Positions 1-8,046 of a DNA stretch of 33,547 bases are shown here, piece after piece. The position numbers were made by a program, and so were the translations under genes. The notes beneath the pieces are model-generated. The model had not been told where the DNA came from. It saw nothing but the letters and a program-made list of their open reading frames with translations, and ran no database searches. Source of the stretch: Deltaproteobacteria bacterium (GTDB lineage: Bacteria; Desulfobacterota; Desulfarculia; Adiutricales; Adiutricaceae); NCBI GenBank assembly GCA_031277995.1, contig JAITLH010000108.1, forward strand, positions 1-33,547, written 5' to 3'. The first letter of the stretch is position 1, and every line of letters starts with the position of its first letter.

Positions 1-694
1 CCAAGTCCGAGGCCAAGCCCAAACCCCCTTGGCCTAGAGCCCTTGGTTTGTTTGGAAAGCCGCCCTTTTTCGCCCAATGACTCGGCACGGGCGATCGGTC
101 ATGGTAGAGTTTTCGCGGATTGGGTTTTTTTTGGTCGGAGCACCAAGGAGGGGATCTGGTCATGTCGGAACATGCCTCTTAAACGGCCGTAAAGGGGTCT
201 GGGAGCCCTTGGGGGCCGCTGACTGGGTTAAGAGCCCGATGGGATTTTCTAGGGCCTCCGCGGTGCCATTTTGGCCGTTTGCGGTGGCGATTCAAAATGC
301 GGTGAGTTTTTAAGTTTTGGGAAGGGGATGGCCGGGCCGGGCTAACTTCTGGGAGGTTTTTTCTGCCCGGGTCAATTGCTGGCCCCTCAACTTCTGGCCG
401 GGTTATTTTTGGCCGCGAACCCGGAGGGAGAACTTAGGGCGCGGGGTCAATTTTTAGGTTTTTAAAAGTTGTCTAAAGTTGGTTGGTTAAATTTTATTGA
501 ATTTTTTTGGGTAGAATAATCGCCTGATTCACGTATTGACGCATAAAAACATTGGTTTAATGGATCTAAAAATACGGGAAAAAAATGGTTCCACTCCCCT
601 CAAAATAGCCCGCTCCTTAGGGCTTAAAGCCTTGGCGGCTCGCCCGCGGCCCTTGGCCAGGGGCCCAAAAAAAAATCGCGAAAAGTATCCAAAA

Positions 695-785
695 TTCAAA
701 AAGTCCTTCAGTCCCTCCCCAAAATCAAACTTCAAAAAGTCCTTAAGTCACTCCCCAAAAACAAACTTCAAAAAGTCCTCCCGGC
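695..785. repeat. 36-bp tandem direct repeat, about 2.5 copies, in the ORF-poor leader upstream of mraZ
   Basis: The unit beginning ttcaaaaagtcc restarts at 695, 731 and 767, giving a period of 36. The + strand ORF 536..853 merely translates it (repeated KKS.S.SPK.NF). Confidence 0.85.
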
Positions 786-853
786 CGGAAAAATTTCAAA
801 AAACGGCTTGGCCGACCTTGTTGCGTTTTCGCTCCCAAGTTGAAATAATATAA

Positions 854-884
854 ATGATAACGGATTTTAAAAATCCGTTATCAT
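854..884. repeat. Perfect inverted repeat or hairpin with 14-bp arms and a 3-nt centre
   Basis: atgataacggattt-taa-aaatccgttatcat is read directly. No T-run follows, so it is not a clear intrinsic terminator. It could be a protein-binding palindrome or an RNA hairpin. Confidence 0.8.
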
Positions 885-987
885 TGTCCAAAGGCGGTTT
901 GGTCGGGTCAAAAAAAATTTTAAAAAAAATTTTTCACAACATATTGTGGACTCGGGGATCGGGGACCGGCCCATTTGTGTTCGGTTG

Positions 988-1012
988 TGGGGATTGGAGG
1001 GGATTGGTGGGG
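988..1012 (+). promoter_or_regulatory. Candidate MraZ operator: three [T/A]GGGG boxes separated by 5-nt ATTGG spacers (10-bp phasing)
   Basis: The sequence is TGGGG-attgg-AGGGG-attgg-TGGGG, about 190 nt upstream of the mraZ ATG. This matches the TGGGN-N5 triple direct-repeat architecture described for the E. coli MraZ site. No convincing -35/-10 pair was found next to it (TTGACG at 1052..1057 has only a weak -10, TTAAAG). Confidence 0.4.
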
Positions 1013-1203
1013 GGACAAGGTAAAATTATGGGCCAATCTCTATTTTTTTGCTTGACGGGAGGGGGGAGCGCGGGTTAAAGTCACAATACGGGTTTTTTCG
1101 ACTCCGCCTTCTAAAAGTCGTGAGAGATAAGAAAACCCGTGGCGAAAAAGATAACGATCTCCCAATCTTAATTAGGTTTTGGCCCCAAAAAAGACAAAAG
1201 CCC

Positions 1204-1710
1204 ATGCCCTCCGTCACCGTCACTTTTAAAGGCCGTCAGCCCCACGTCATGGACGAAAAGGGCCGTCTGATACTGCCCAACCAGTTTCGGACGCTTCTGA
1301 CCCTTTCAAAAGATCCCTGCTCGGTTTACTTGGGTAGTTACCCGGGAACCAAGTTCGTCAGCGTCTACCCCAGCGAACGCTGGGAAGAACTTTGCGAGAG
1401 CTGGAAAGACGAAAAACGGTTCCCCAATACCTCGGTCATGCTAAAGGGCCAGAGGCTGTTTTTTTCCAATATCGAGCATGTCTCGGTGGACCGCACCGGC
1501 CGGATAACCATCCCCAGCCATTTTCGGGAAAGGGCCCAGCTTAAGGACGAAGTCATGGTGATTGGCGTGGCCGAAAAAATGGAGATTTGGAACCCGGCCG
1601 TTTTGGACGAGTACGAGAATGCCGAAAGCCAAACCTGGGGCGAAATCGGCCTGGAAAGCGCTAGGCCCGCGGGGCAAGTTTTAGAAGAGGTGAGGCTCCC
1701 TCAGTTTTGA
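1204..1710 (+). CDS. mraZ: Transcriptional regulator MraZ
   Basis: The protein has two SpoVT/AbrB-like halves, each with the D.(K/T)GR(L/I).(L/I)P signature (MDEKGRLILPNQFR and VDRTGRITIPSHFR). It is the first gene of the dcw cluster. The ORF opens at 1048, but ATG 1204 gives the canonical N-terminus (..TFKGRQPHVMDEKGR). No clear SD is present. Confidence 0.9.
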   Translation: MPSVTVTFKGRQPHVMDEKGRLILPNQFRTLLTLSKDPCSVYLGSYPGTKFVSVYPSERWEELCESWKDEKRFPNTSVMLKGQRLFFSNIEHVSVDRTGRITIPSHFRERAQLKDEVMVIGVAEKMEIWNPAVLDEYENAESQTWGEIGLESARPAGQVLEEVRLPQF

Positions 1711-1728
1711 GACCGGGGCGATTGATAA

Positions 1729-2934
1729 ATGGCCAAAAAGTCCATAGGGAAAGCCGCGAAAAAAAACCCGCGGAAGGCGGGGGAAAAACCTCGGGAAGCG
1801 AGAGAGAACGCGCCTGGGGCGGATCGGGGCCTGGGCGAGGATCTCCTGGCCAGCCGTTTGGAGGAACCGCTCGAAGGGACCTGGGACACCCTTAGTTGGT
1901 CCAAGGCTTTTGGGCACCTGCCGGTCATGGTTGACCAGACCATGGAGTGCTTAAACGTCAAAGCCGACGGTTTTTACGTTGACTGCACTTTGGGCGGCGG
2001 CGGCCACGCCCGGGCCATCTTGGAGCGGCTTGGGGAAAACGGTCGGCTTTTGGGCCTGGACGTCGATCCCGAGGCCCTAAAATGGGCCCAGGCTTGGGGC
2101 CAAGGCGACAAAAGGCTTAGCTTGGCCAGGCTAAGTTTCGACCGACTCGAAGAATGCTTGCGGGAAAAGGATTTGGGCTTGGCCGACGGCTTGGTGGTCG
2201 ATCTGGGTTTTAACTCCCGGCAACTATTCGACCAAAAAAGGGGTTTCGCTTTTTCCCTTAACGGCCCCTTGGACATGCGCTTAAACCCGAGCCTGCCGAT
2301 CACGGCCGGCCAGATCGTAAACGGCTATCCGGAACCCAAACTCTCGGAGATTTTTTGGCGCTATGGGGAAGAGCGCTCGGCCAAGAAACTGGCCAGGTTA
2401 ATCGTCCAAAGGCGCGACCGCGAGCCCATAAACAATACCCTGGAATTGGCCGCCTTGGTTGAAAAAGCCCTGTATCGGCCGGGCCCAAAACCAAAGATTC
2501 ATCCGGCCACCAAAGTTTTCATGGCCTTGAGGCTAGCCGTTAACGGTGAATTGGAAGTCTTGGAAAAATTTTTGGCCCAGGCCAGAAGCTGCCTAACCCT
2601 AGGCGGCATAATCGTCATCATAAGTTTTCACTCATTGGAGGATAGGCTGGTCAAACTCTCCTTTCGGGGGGAAACAGTCGAAAACGCCGATCCTCTCGAT
2701 GGGCTTAAAACCTCGGGCAAACCCGCGTTCGCGGGCGGGCCAAAATCCAAAAAAGGCCATTTTCACAAGGCCAAACAAGAAAGGATCATAACCCCTGACG
2801 ATCTTAAGGAGGCCCCAAAACCCCAAAGTCCGTATCGTTTATTGCATAAAAAAGCCCTCGTCGCGACGGAGGCGCAAATCATGGATAACCCCCGATCCCG
2901 ATCGGCCAAACTTAGGGCGGCCCAAGCCGTTTGA
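1729..2934 (+). CDS. rsmH: 16S rRNA (cytosine1402-N4)-methyltransferase RsmH (MraW), with N-terminal and internal low-complexity extensions
   Basis: Family motifs are HLPVMVDQ, GFYVDCTLGGGGHARAIL (SAM site), DLGFNSRQLFD, ISFHSLEDRLVK and NPRSRSAKLR at the C-terminus, and the gene lies after mraZ. At 401 aa it is longer than a typical family member (about 310 aa). It has a basic leader of about 60 aa and a K/P-rich insertion of about 50 aa before the C-terminal motif. The true start could be an internal Met. Confidence 0.9.
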   Translation: MAKKSIGKAAKKNPRKAGEKPREARENAPGADRGLGEDLLASRLEEPLEGTWDTLSWSKAFGHLPVMVDQTMECLNVKADGFYVDCTLGGGGHARAILERLGENGRLLGLDVDPEALKWAQAWGQGDKRLSLARLSFDRLEECLREKDLGLADGLVVDLGFNSRQLFDQKRGFAFSLNGPLDMRLNPSLPITAGQIVNGYPEPKLSEIFWRYGEERSAKKLARLIVQRRDREPINNTLELAALVEKALYRPGPKPKIHPATKVFMALRLAVNGELEVLEKFLAQARSCLTLGGIIVIISFHSLEDRLVKLSFRGETVENADPLDGLKTSGKPAFAGGPKSKKGHFHKAKQERIITPDDLKEAPKPQSPYRLLHKKALVATEAQIMDNPRSRSAKLRAAQAV

Positions 2935-3013
2935 TGGTTTGGCCAGTGGTAACCAGGGCTGGCTCTTTTTTTTATGGTGTTTTTAGTAAATTCAGCGGTG
3001 GGAATTATTTTTA

Positions 3014-3345
3014 TTTGGCGTGGCGTTTAACTTTTTGTAAATAATGGGCGGCAAAACCCAACGCGTTTAGCCTGGCGCTTAATTTTTTTCGTAAAATTTG
3101 GCGATTGAAAACAGATCATTGGCGCGGTACTTAGTTTTTTCGTAAACTCGGCGATTGAAGTTAGCTTATTGGCGCGGTACTTAGTTTTTTTCGTAAAATA
3201 TGGCGATTGAAAATAGATCATTGGCGCGGTACTTAGTTTTTTCGTAAACTCGGCGATTGAAGTTAGCTTATTGGCGCGGTACTTAGTTTTTTTCGTAAAT
3301 TCGGCGATTGAAGTTAGCTTATTGGCGCGGTACTTATTTTATTTT
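3014..3345. repeat. Tandem array of units of about 51 bp (about 6.5 copies, two alternating subtypes) in the rsmH-ftsL gap
   Basis: attggcgcggtacttag-T(6-7)-cgtaaa..ggcgattgaa.. restarts at 3118, 3168, 3220, 3270 and 3321, giving periods of 50-52. More degenerate copies start near 3014 and 3066. Subtypes A (..gattgaaaa.agatc) and B (..gattgaagttagctt) alternate, giving a higher-order repeat of about 102 bp. Confidence 0.9.
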
Positions 3346-3629
3346 TAGAAAATGCGACGTTTAAACTTGGCTTGTTTCGCGATTATCTAAACTTTTTTTT
3401 GAAAATAGCGTTTGTGATTGACGTTTTTAGCGATCCCCTTTCCGTAAAACCAACGTTTGACAAATATTCAATACCACGAAAATTAATTAACGATAAATTT
3501 CTCTCGATTACGGGCCGTTAATTTGAGTTAACGAGCTTGGCGATTCGATCGATAGTCAATCTTATTTATCGCGATTACAATAAGTAAATAAAGTTTACAA
3601 TTAATTGTCAATTGTTCAAAGGATTAAAA

Positions 3630-4136
3630 ATGGGCATATTGTTTGGGAATAAAAAAGAGCCAAAGCCCTGGGATCAATATAAGAAAAGAAGTCGGGGGAA
3701 AGGCCGGCGCCGCGGGGGAGGCCAAAAGGCCTTTGGCGGGGGCTGGCAAGATAGCCAAAAGAACCAACAGGTCATGCGGGAGGCCAGCGCCAAAAAGGAA
3801 CAGGTTCTCCTGGAAGCCCAAAAGGACAGCGTTTTGGTCCATGACCCCGAGGATCGGCCCAAAAGTCTCCCCGGCAAGCGGTTTTTTAGCGTCTTGATTA
3901 TGTGTTTGGTTTTCGTCCTCTCCATCATGGTTTTGGTGGGCCTCGAGATAAGGCACGTCAGGTTGGGTCTGGAAGTAAGCAAACTGACCAATCGCAAAGT
4001 GGCTTTGACCGAGCAAAAACGACACTTATTGACCGAGTTAGACAAAACCATGGTGGTAGGCGATATGGAGCAGGTGGCCAGGGAGTCCTTGGGGCTGGTG
4101 TCACCGGCCGATGGGCAAATCGTCATAATTCCCTAG
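3630..4136 (+). CDS. ftsL: Cell division protein FtsL (bitopic, long basic cytoplasmic tail)
   Basis: The gene lies between rsmH and ftsI. It has one TM helix (FFSVLIMCLVFVLSIMVLVGL), then a coiled-coil segment (LEVSKLTNRKVALTEQKRHLLTELDK) and the typical C-terminal ..ARESLGLVSPADGQIVII. AAGGA at 3618..3622 precedes ATG 3630, and the ORF also opens at TTG 3612. Confidence 0.8.
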   Translation: MGILFGNKKEPKPWDQYKKRSRGKGRRRGGGQKAFGGGWQDSQKNQQVMREASAKKEQVLLEAQKDSVLVHDPEDRPKSLPGKRFFSVLIMCLVFVLSIMVLVGLEIRHVRLGLEVSKLTNRKVALTEQKRHLLTELDKTMVVGDMEQVARESLGLVSPADGQIVIIP

Positions 4137-4141
4137 GGGCG

Positions 4142-4250
4142 GTGCTCCCTGGGGGCCATGGTTGCCCTGGGGGGCCATGATTGCCCTGGGGGGCCGGGGT
4201 TACCCGGAGGCGTAATTGCCCTGGGGGGCTGGGGTTACCCGGGGGCGTAA
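4142..4250. repeat. G-rich tandem repeats (TGCCCTGGGGGGC core, 4-5 copies; the last two units are 35 bp) in the ftsL-ftsI gap
   Basis: The units read tgctccctgggggccatggt, tgccctggggggccatgat, tgccctggggggccggggttacccggaggcgtaat, tgccctggggggctggggttacccgggggcgtaat, then tgcccc. Confidence 0.85.
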
Positions 4251-4352
4251 TTGCCCCAGAAAATTACTTTTTTGGGCGAATTGCCAAGGGGAGCCAAACC
4301 CTTTTTTGGGGGGCGGCTCAAAGCGATCGGGAAAGGTTTGAGGAGTTTACGA

Positions 4353-6455
4353 ATGATACTTCAACAGCTAAGCGAAGCGAAAAAGAACCGCATGTACTTC
4401 ATACTCGGTTGTTTGGTTTTTTGTTTTGTTTGCGTGGTGGCCCAGGCGGCGCGTCTGCAGGTCGTTCACCGCGAAAAGCTCGTTGCCCTAAGTTCGCCAA
4501 CGACGCTTAGAAACTTCAAGTTAAAGGGCGTTCGGGGGGACATCTACGATCGTAACCATGAAAAGCTGGCGACGTCGGTTGCCGTAAATTCCGTTTTTGT
4601 CGATCGCCGTAGCCTTAAAGATCCCAGCCTCACCGCCTTACAGCTTTGGCGAGGCCTAAGCATGGACTATGAGAAAATAGCCAATTGGTTGGAAGGCTTG
4701 AAGAAAAGCGCCTATTTAAAAAGGCATCTCACTAGCCAAGAAGCCGACGCCCTAAAGAAATTGAAAATCAAAGGCGTGGGCTTTGAAAAGGAATACCGCC
4801 GCGATTATCCCAATGGCACCTTGGCCGCCCATTTACTGGGTTTCGTTGACAAAGACGCCAACAACATGGAGGGCTTGGAAAGGGCCTTAAATGATTTTTT
4901 AAAGGTATCCTCCAATTCGATTAAGGTCAGGCGCGACGGCAAGGGCCGGATAATCATGGATACCCCGGAACTGATTCCCGATCAACCCAAAGGCCATTCG
5001 GTAGTTTTAACCTTGGATTCCCGGATCCAACACATCGCCGAAAAGGCCATCGCCAAGGCCGTGGTCGATCGAAACGCCCAATCCGGCATGGTCGTGGTCG
5101 TGAGGCCCAAAACCGGGGAGATTTTGGCCTCGGCCGTTTACCCAACCTTCAATCCCAACAATTACGGCGAATTCGATAAGGATACCTATAGAAATAAGGT
5201 CATCACCCACCCCCTGGAGCCCGGCAGCACCTTTAAGGTCTTCACGGTCGCCGCGGCCTTGCAGGAAAGGCAAATCACCCCAAACACCGTGTTTTTTTGC
5301 GAAAACGGCCTCTACCAGGTTGACAAAAATAACTTCATTCGGGACACCGGGAGTTATGGGGATCTGAGCGTTACTCAAATAGTCAAAAAATCGTCTAACA
5401 TTGGCGCCGCCAAGATCGGCGAGGGCCTCGGGGCGGTGAGGCTCCACTCATATCTCAAAAAATTTGGTTTTGGCCAAAAAACCGGGATAATCGGGGCCGG
5501 GGAAACGGCCGGAATACTAAGGGATCCCCAAAGGTGGGTTCCGATCGATCTAGCGAATCTCTCCTTCGGCCAAGGCGTATCCGTAAGCGCGCTGCAATTG
5601 GCCAGGGCCGTCAGCTCCTTTGGGAACGAGGGGGTTTTGATGGCCCCGATGCTGGTTTCCCAAATAGAGGACGCCCAAGGTAACGTGATCGAAAAAAAGA
5701 AAGAGCAGATCATTAGGTCCGTCGTTTCTCCCGAAGTGGCTTGGCAAGTGACGGCCATGATGAGGGAGGCGGTCATGAAGGGCGGCACCGGTTACCGGGC
5801 CGAGGTGGCCGGTTATCCCATCTCAGGTAAGACTGGGACCGCTCAATTAGTGTCATCAGGGGATAAAAATTACTCAAATAATAAATATATAGCTTCTTTC
5901 GTAGGACTTGCTCCCTATAAAAATCCTGAATTATGCGTTTTGGTTATTTTGGTAGAACCCTGGCCCAATTACTACGGCGGCGAAGTCGCCGCCCCGGTTT
6001 TTAGGGAAATAGTCGAGGAAGCCCTGCCGGTTATGGACATTCCCAAAACCGACAATGACGTCTTGCCGTTTTGGCCAACCATCGACCAATCCATCGATTC
6101 CTTACCCGGCCTCATGGTTAAAAGGCTGCCTAACCAGATATCCAAGCCCATAAAAAAAGGCAAGGGCGACGGGCCCATTCCCTCCTTTGACGAATACTTT
6201 GAAAGGGAACTGGTTTTTGACCAAGTTGACCCCATGGTGGCCAAAGGGCTGACCCCGGTCACGTTGGAAGACCGATCGGGCCAGATGCCGGATTTGGAAG
6301 GCTTGACCATGAGGGAGGTCTTTGAAACCATGGCCCCCTACGGGCTCTCGGTTGAGTATTTTGGGAGCGGGATCGTAACCCAGCAAGAACCCATGGTCGG
6401 CTCAAGCGTCCATAACGGCCAAACGGCCAAGGTGATATTCAAGGTGCCCAACTGA
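4353..6455 (+). CDS. ftsI: Peptidoglycan D,D-transpeptidase FtsI (class B PBP) with a C-terminal PASTA-like domain
   Basis: There is an N-terminal TM helix (YFILGCLVFCFVCVVAQAA). The transpeptidase motifs are S.xK (GSTFKV), S.N (KSSNIG) and KTGT (SGKTGTAQ). The C-terminal ..LEGLTMREVFETMAPYGLSVEYFGSGIVTQQEP..GQTAKVIF resembles PASTA. AGGAG at 4341..4345 precedes ATG 4353, and the ORF opens at TTG 4251. Confidence 0.9.
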   Translation: MILQQLSEAKKNRMYFILGCLVFCFVCVVAQAARLQVVHREKLVALSSPTTLRNFKLKGVRGDIYDRNHEKLATSVAVNSVFVDRRSLKDPSLTALQLWRGLSMDYEKIANWLEGLKKSAYLKRHLTSQEADALKKLKIKGVGFEKEYRRDYPNGTLAAHLLGFVDKDANNMEGLERALNDFLKVSSNSIKVRRDGKGRIIMDTPELIPDQPKGHSVVLTLDSRIQHIAEKAIAKAVVDRNAQSGMVVVVRPKTGEILASAVYPTFNPNNYGEFDKDTYRNKVITHPLEPGSTFKVFTVAAALQERQITPNTVFFCENGLYQVDKNNFIRDTGSYGDLSVTQIVKKSSNIGAAKIGEGLGAVRLHSYLKKFGFGQKTGIIGAGETAGILRDPQRWVPIDLANLSFGQGVSVSALQLARAVSSFGNEGVLMAPMLVSQIEDAQGNVIEKKKEQIIRSVVSPEVAWQVTAMMREAVMKGGTGYRAEVAGYPISGKTGTAQLVSSGDKNYSNNKYIASFVGLAPYKNPELCVLVILVEPWPNYYGGEVAAPVFREIVEEALPVMDIPKTDNDVLPFWPTIDQSIDSLPGLMVKRLPNQISKPIKKGKGDGPIPSFDEYFERELVFDQVDPMVAKGLTPVTLEDRSGQMPDLEGLTMREVFETMAPYGLSVEYFGSGIVTQQEPMVGSSVHNGQTAKVIFKVPN

Positions 6456-8044
6456 TGAAACTTAACTCTCTCGCGGATGGTTTGGCTTTGACGGTCCTGG
6501 GAGAGGGCGATCCCGAGCTTTTGGGCCTAACCGAGGACAGTAGGCAAGTTAAGCCCGGGGACGTTTTCGCGGCCGTTAAAGGCGATAAAACCGACGGGCG
6601 CTCCTTTATCCAAAAGGCCTTGGCCGCCGGGGCGGCGGCCATTTTGGCCTTTGGGGAGGACGATCGGGAAGGGTTTTTAAAAAACTTAAACGTCCCAATC
6701 TTACTGGCCAAAAAAGAGGGCTTTCGGGAAACCGTTAGCCGGGCGGCCCGGCTCGTTTACGAAAATCCGGACGAAAAACTATTCGTCATCGGCGTCACCG
6801 GGACGAACGGCAAAACGACCACGACCTATTTACTCGAAGACGTTTTAAACGGCCAGGGTTGGCCCTGCGGCGTAATCGGGACGGTAAACTACCGCTGGCC
6901 CGGTCCATCGGGGTTAAAGATCCAGGAGGCGCCCAATACCACCCCCGAGGGGCCCCTTTTGTGGAAACTACTAAAGGAAATGGTTTTTGACGGGGCCCGG
7001 GCCGTCGTCATCGAGGTTTCTTCCCACGCCTTGGAGCTTGGCCGGCTGGGGGATTTGCGATTCGATCTGGCCATGTTCACAAACCTTTCCCGCGACCACT
7101 TGGATTTCCATCCGGACATGGACGCTTATTTTGAGGCCAAAAAAAAGCTTTTTACCGAGAAGCTCAAAGTTGGGGCCAAAAAATCAGTCGTGGGGGTCGA
7201 TGATCCCCACGGCCAAAAACTTTACGAACAAATCGCCCAAAGGGCCGTGGGCTTTGGCCTAAGCGACGGGGCCCAATACCAAGCCAAAAACGTTCGGGTC
7301 GAAAGAAACGGGCTAAGGTTTAATTTCGCCAAAAAAATCCCAGGCGGCCCCGAGGGGGGCGCCAATCACGAGGGTGGGGGCGCGGGGGTCGAAATGCCCA
7401 TCGTCTCGCCGCTGATGGGAAAATTCAACGCCGTGAATTTACTGGGCGTTTTGGCCGCGGCCGATCAAATGGGCCTGGAGGCCAACAAAACGGCCGAGAT
7501 ATTGTCCGGGGCCAAGGGCGCCCCGGGGAGATTGGAGAGGGTGGGGCAAAACGACGCCTATTTGGTTTTGGTCGATTATTCCCACACCCCGGCCTCGGTC
7601 GCGGCCGCCTTGGAATCTTTGAGGCTCCTTAAGCCCAGAAAGCTTTTGTGCGTTTTTGGCTGCGGCGGGGATAGGGACAAAGGCAAGCGGCCCCAGATGG
7701 CCGAAACGGCCGGGCGGCTGGCGGACGTGGCCATTTTAACCTCGGATAACCCCAGAACCGAGGACCCCTTGGCCATAATGGCCGACGCCAGTTTGGGCTT
7801 TGAAAAATTGGGCCTAAGCCGGGCGGAAATTTTAAGTTCGGTTGGTAGGGATTACTGTTCCTATTTGGCCGAGCCCGATCGGGCCATGGCCATAAACGCC
7901 GCCTGCGGCCTAATGAAAGAAGGTGACGTTTTACTCATCGCCGGGAAAGGCCATGAGGATTACCAGATCGTGGGAACCGTTAAGCGGCATTTTGACGATC
8001 GGGAAGTGGCCAAAGCGAGCTTGGACTCGATGGGAAAATCTTAG
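6455..8044 (+). CDS. murE: UDP-N-acetylmuramoyl-L-alanyl-D-glutamate--2,6-diaminopimelate ligase MurE
   Basis: It has the Mur ligase P-loop GVTGTNGKTTT. The DNPR motif (LTSDNPRTEDP) is typical of meso-DAP-adding MurE. Its ATG overlaps the ftsI TGA by 1 nt (ctgATGa), and AAGGTG lies 8 nt upstream. Confidence 0.9.
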   Translation: MKLNSLADGLALTVLGEGDPELLGLTEDSRQVKPGDVFAAVKGDKTDGRSFIQKALAAGAAAILAFGEDDREGFLKNLNVPILLAKKEGFRETVSRAARLVYENPDEKLFVIGVTGTNGKTTTTYLLEDVLNGQGWPCGVIGTVNYRWPGPSGLKIQEAPNTTPEGPLLWKLLKEMVFDGARAVVIEVSSHALELGRLGDLRFDLAMFTNLSRDHLDFHPDMDAYFEAKKKLFTEKLKVGAKKSVVGVDDPHGQKLYEQIAQRAVGFGLSDGAQYQAKNVRVERNGLRFNFAKKIPGGPEGGANHEGGGAGVEMPIVSPLMGKFNAVNLLGVLAAADQMGLEANKTAEILSGAKGAPGRLERVGQNDAYLVLVDYSHTPASVAAALESLRLLKPRKLLCVFGCGGDRDKGKRPQMAETAGRLADVAILTSDNPRTEDPLAIMADASLGFEKLGLSRAEILSSVGRDYCSYLAEPDRAMAINAACGLMKEGDVLLIAGKGHEDYQIVGTVKRHFDDREVAKASLDSMGKS

Positions 8045-8046
8045 AA

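Noticed and set aside
77-1078. ORFs 77..313, 536..853 and 854..1078 (+) and 529..735 (-) in the mraZ leader
   Set aside because: They have no recognisable domains. Their translations are repeat-derived or low-complexity, with no SD or coding-like periodicity visible. I treat them as non-coding.
1048-1203. Upstream extensions of ORF-track starts: mraZ 1048, ftsI 4251, ftsA 19324, ABC-F 33194
   Set aside because: In each case an internal ATG gives the canonical family N-terminus. For ftsI and ftsA a good SD also precedes that ATG (AGGAG for ftsI, GGGAGGA for ftsA); no clear SD is seen at the mraZ ATG. The added residues are implausible low-complexity leaders.
3027-3221. 64-aa - strand ORF in the rsmH-ftsL gap
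   Set aside because: It is a translation of the tandem repeat of about 51 bp (repeated FTKK..), not a gene.
3457-3485. TTGACA at 3457..3462 as a -35 element for ftsL
   Set aside because: The hexamer 17 nt downstream is AAATTA, a poor -10 element. It is mentioned only as one of several weak promoter-like hits in AT-rich DNA.
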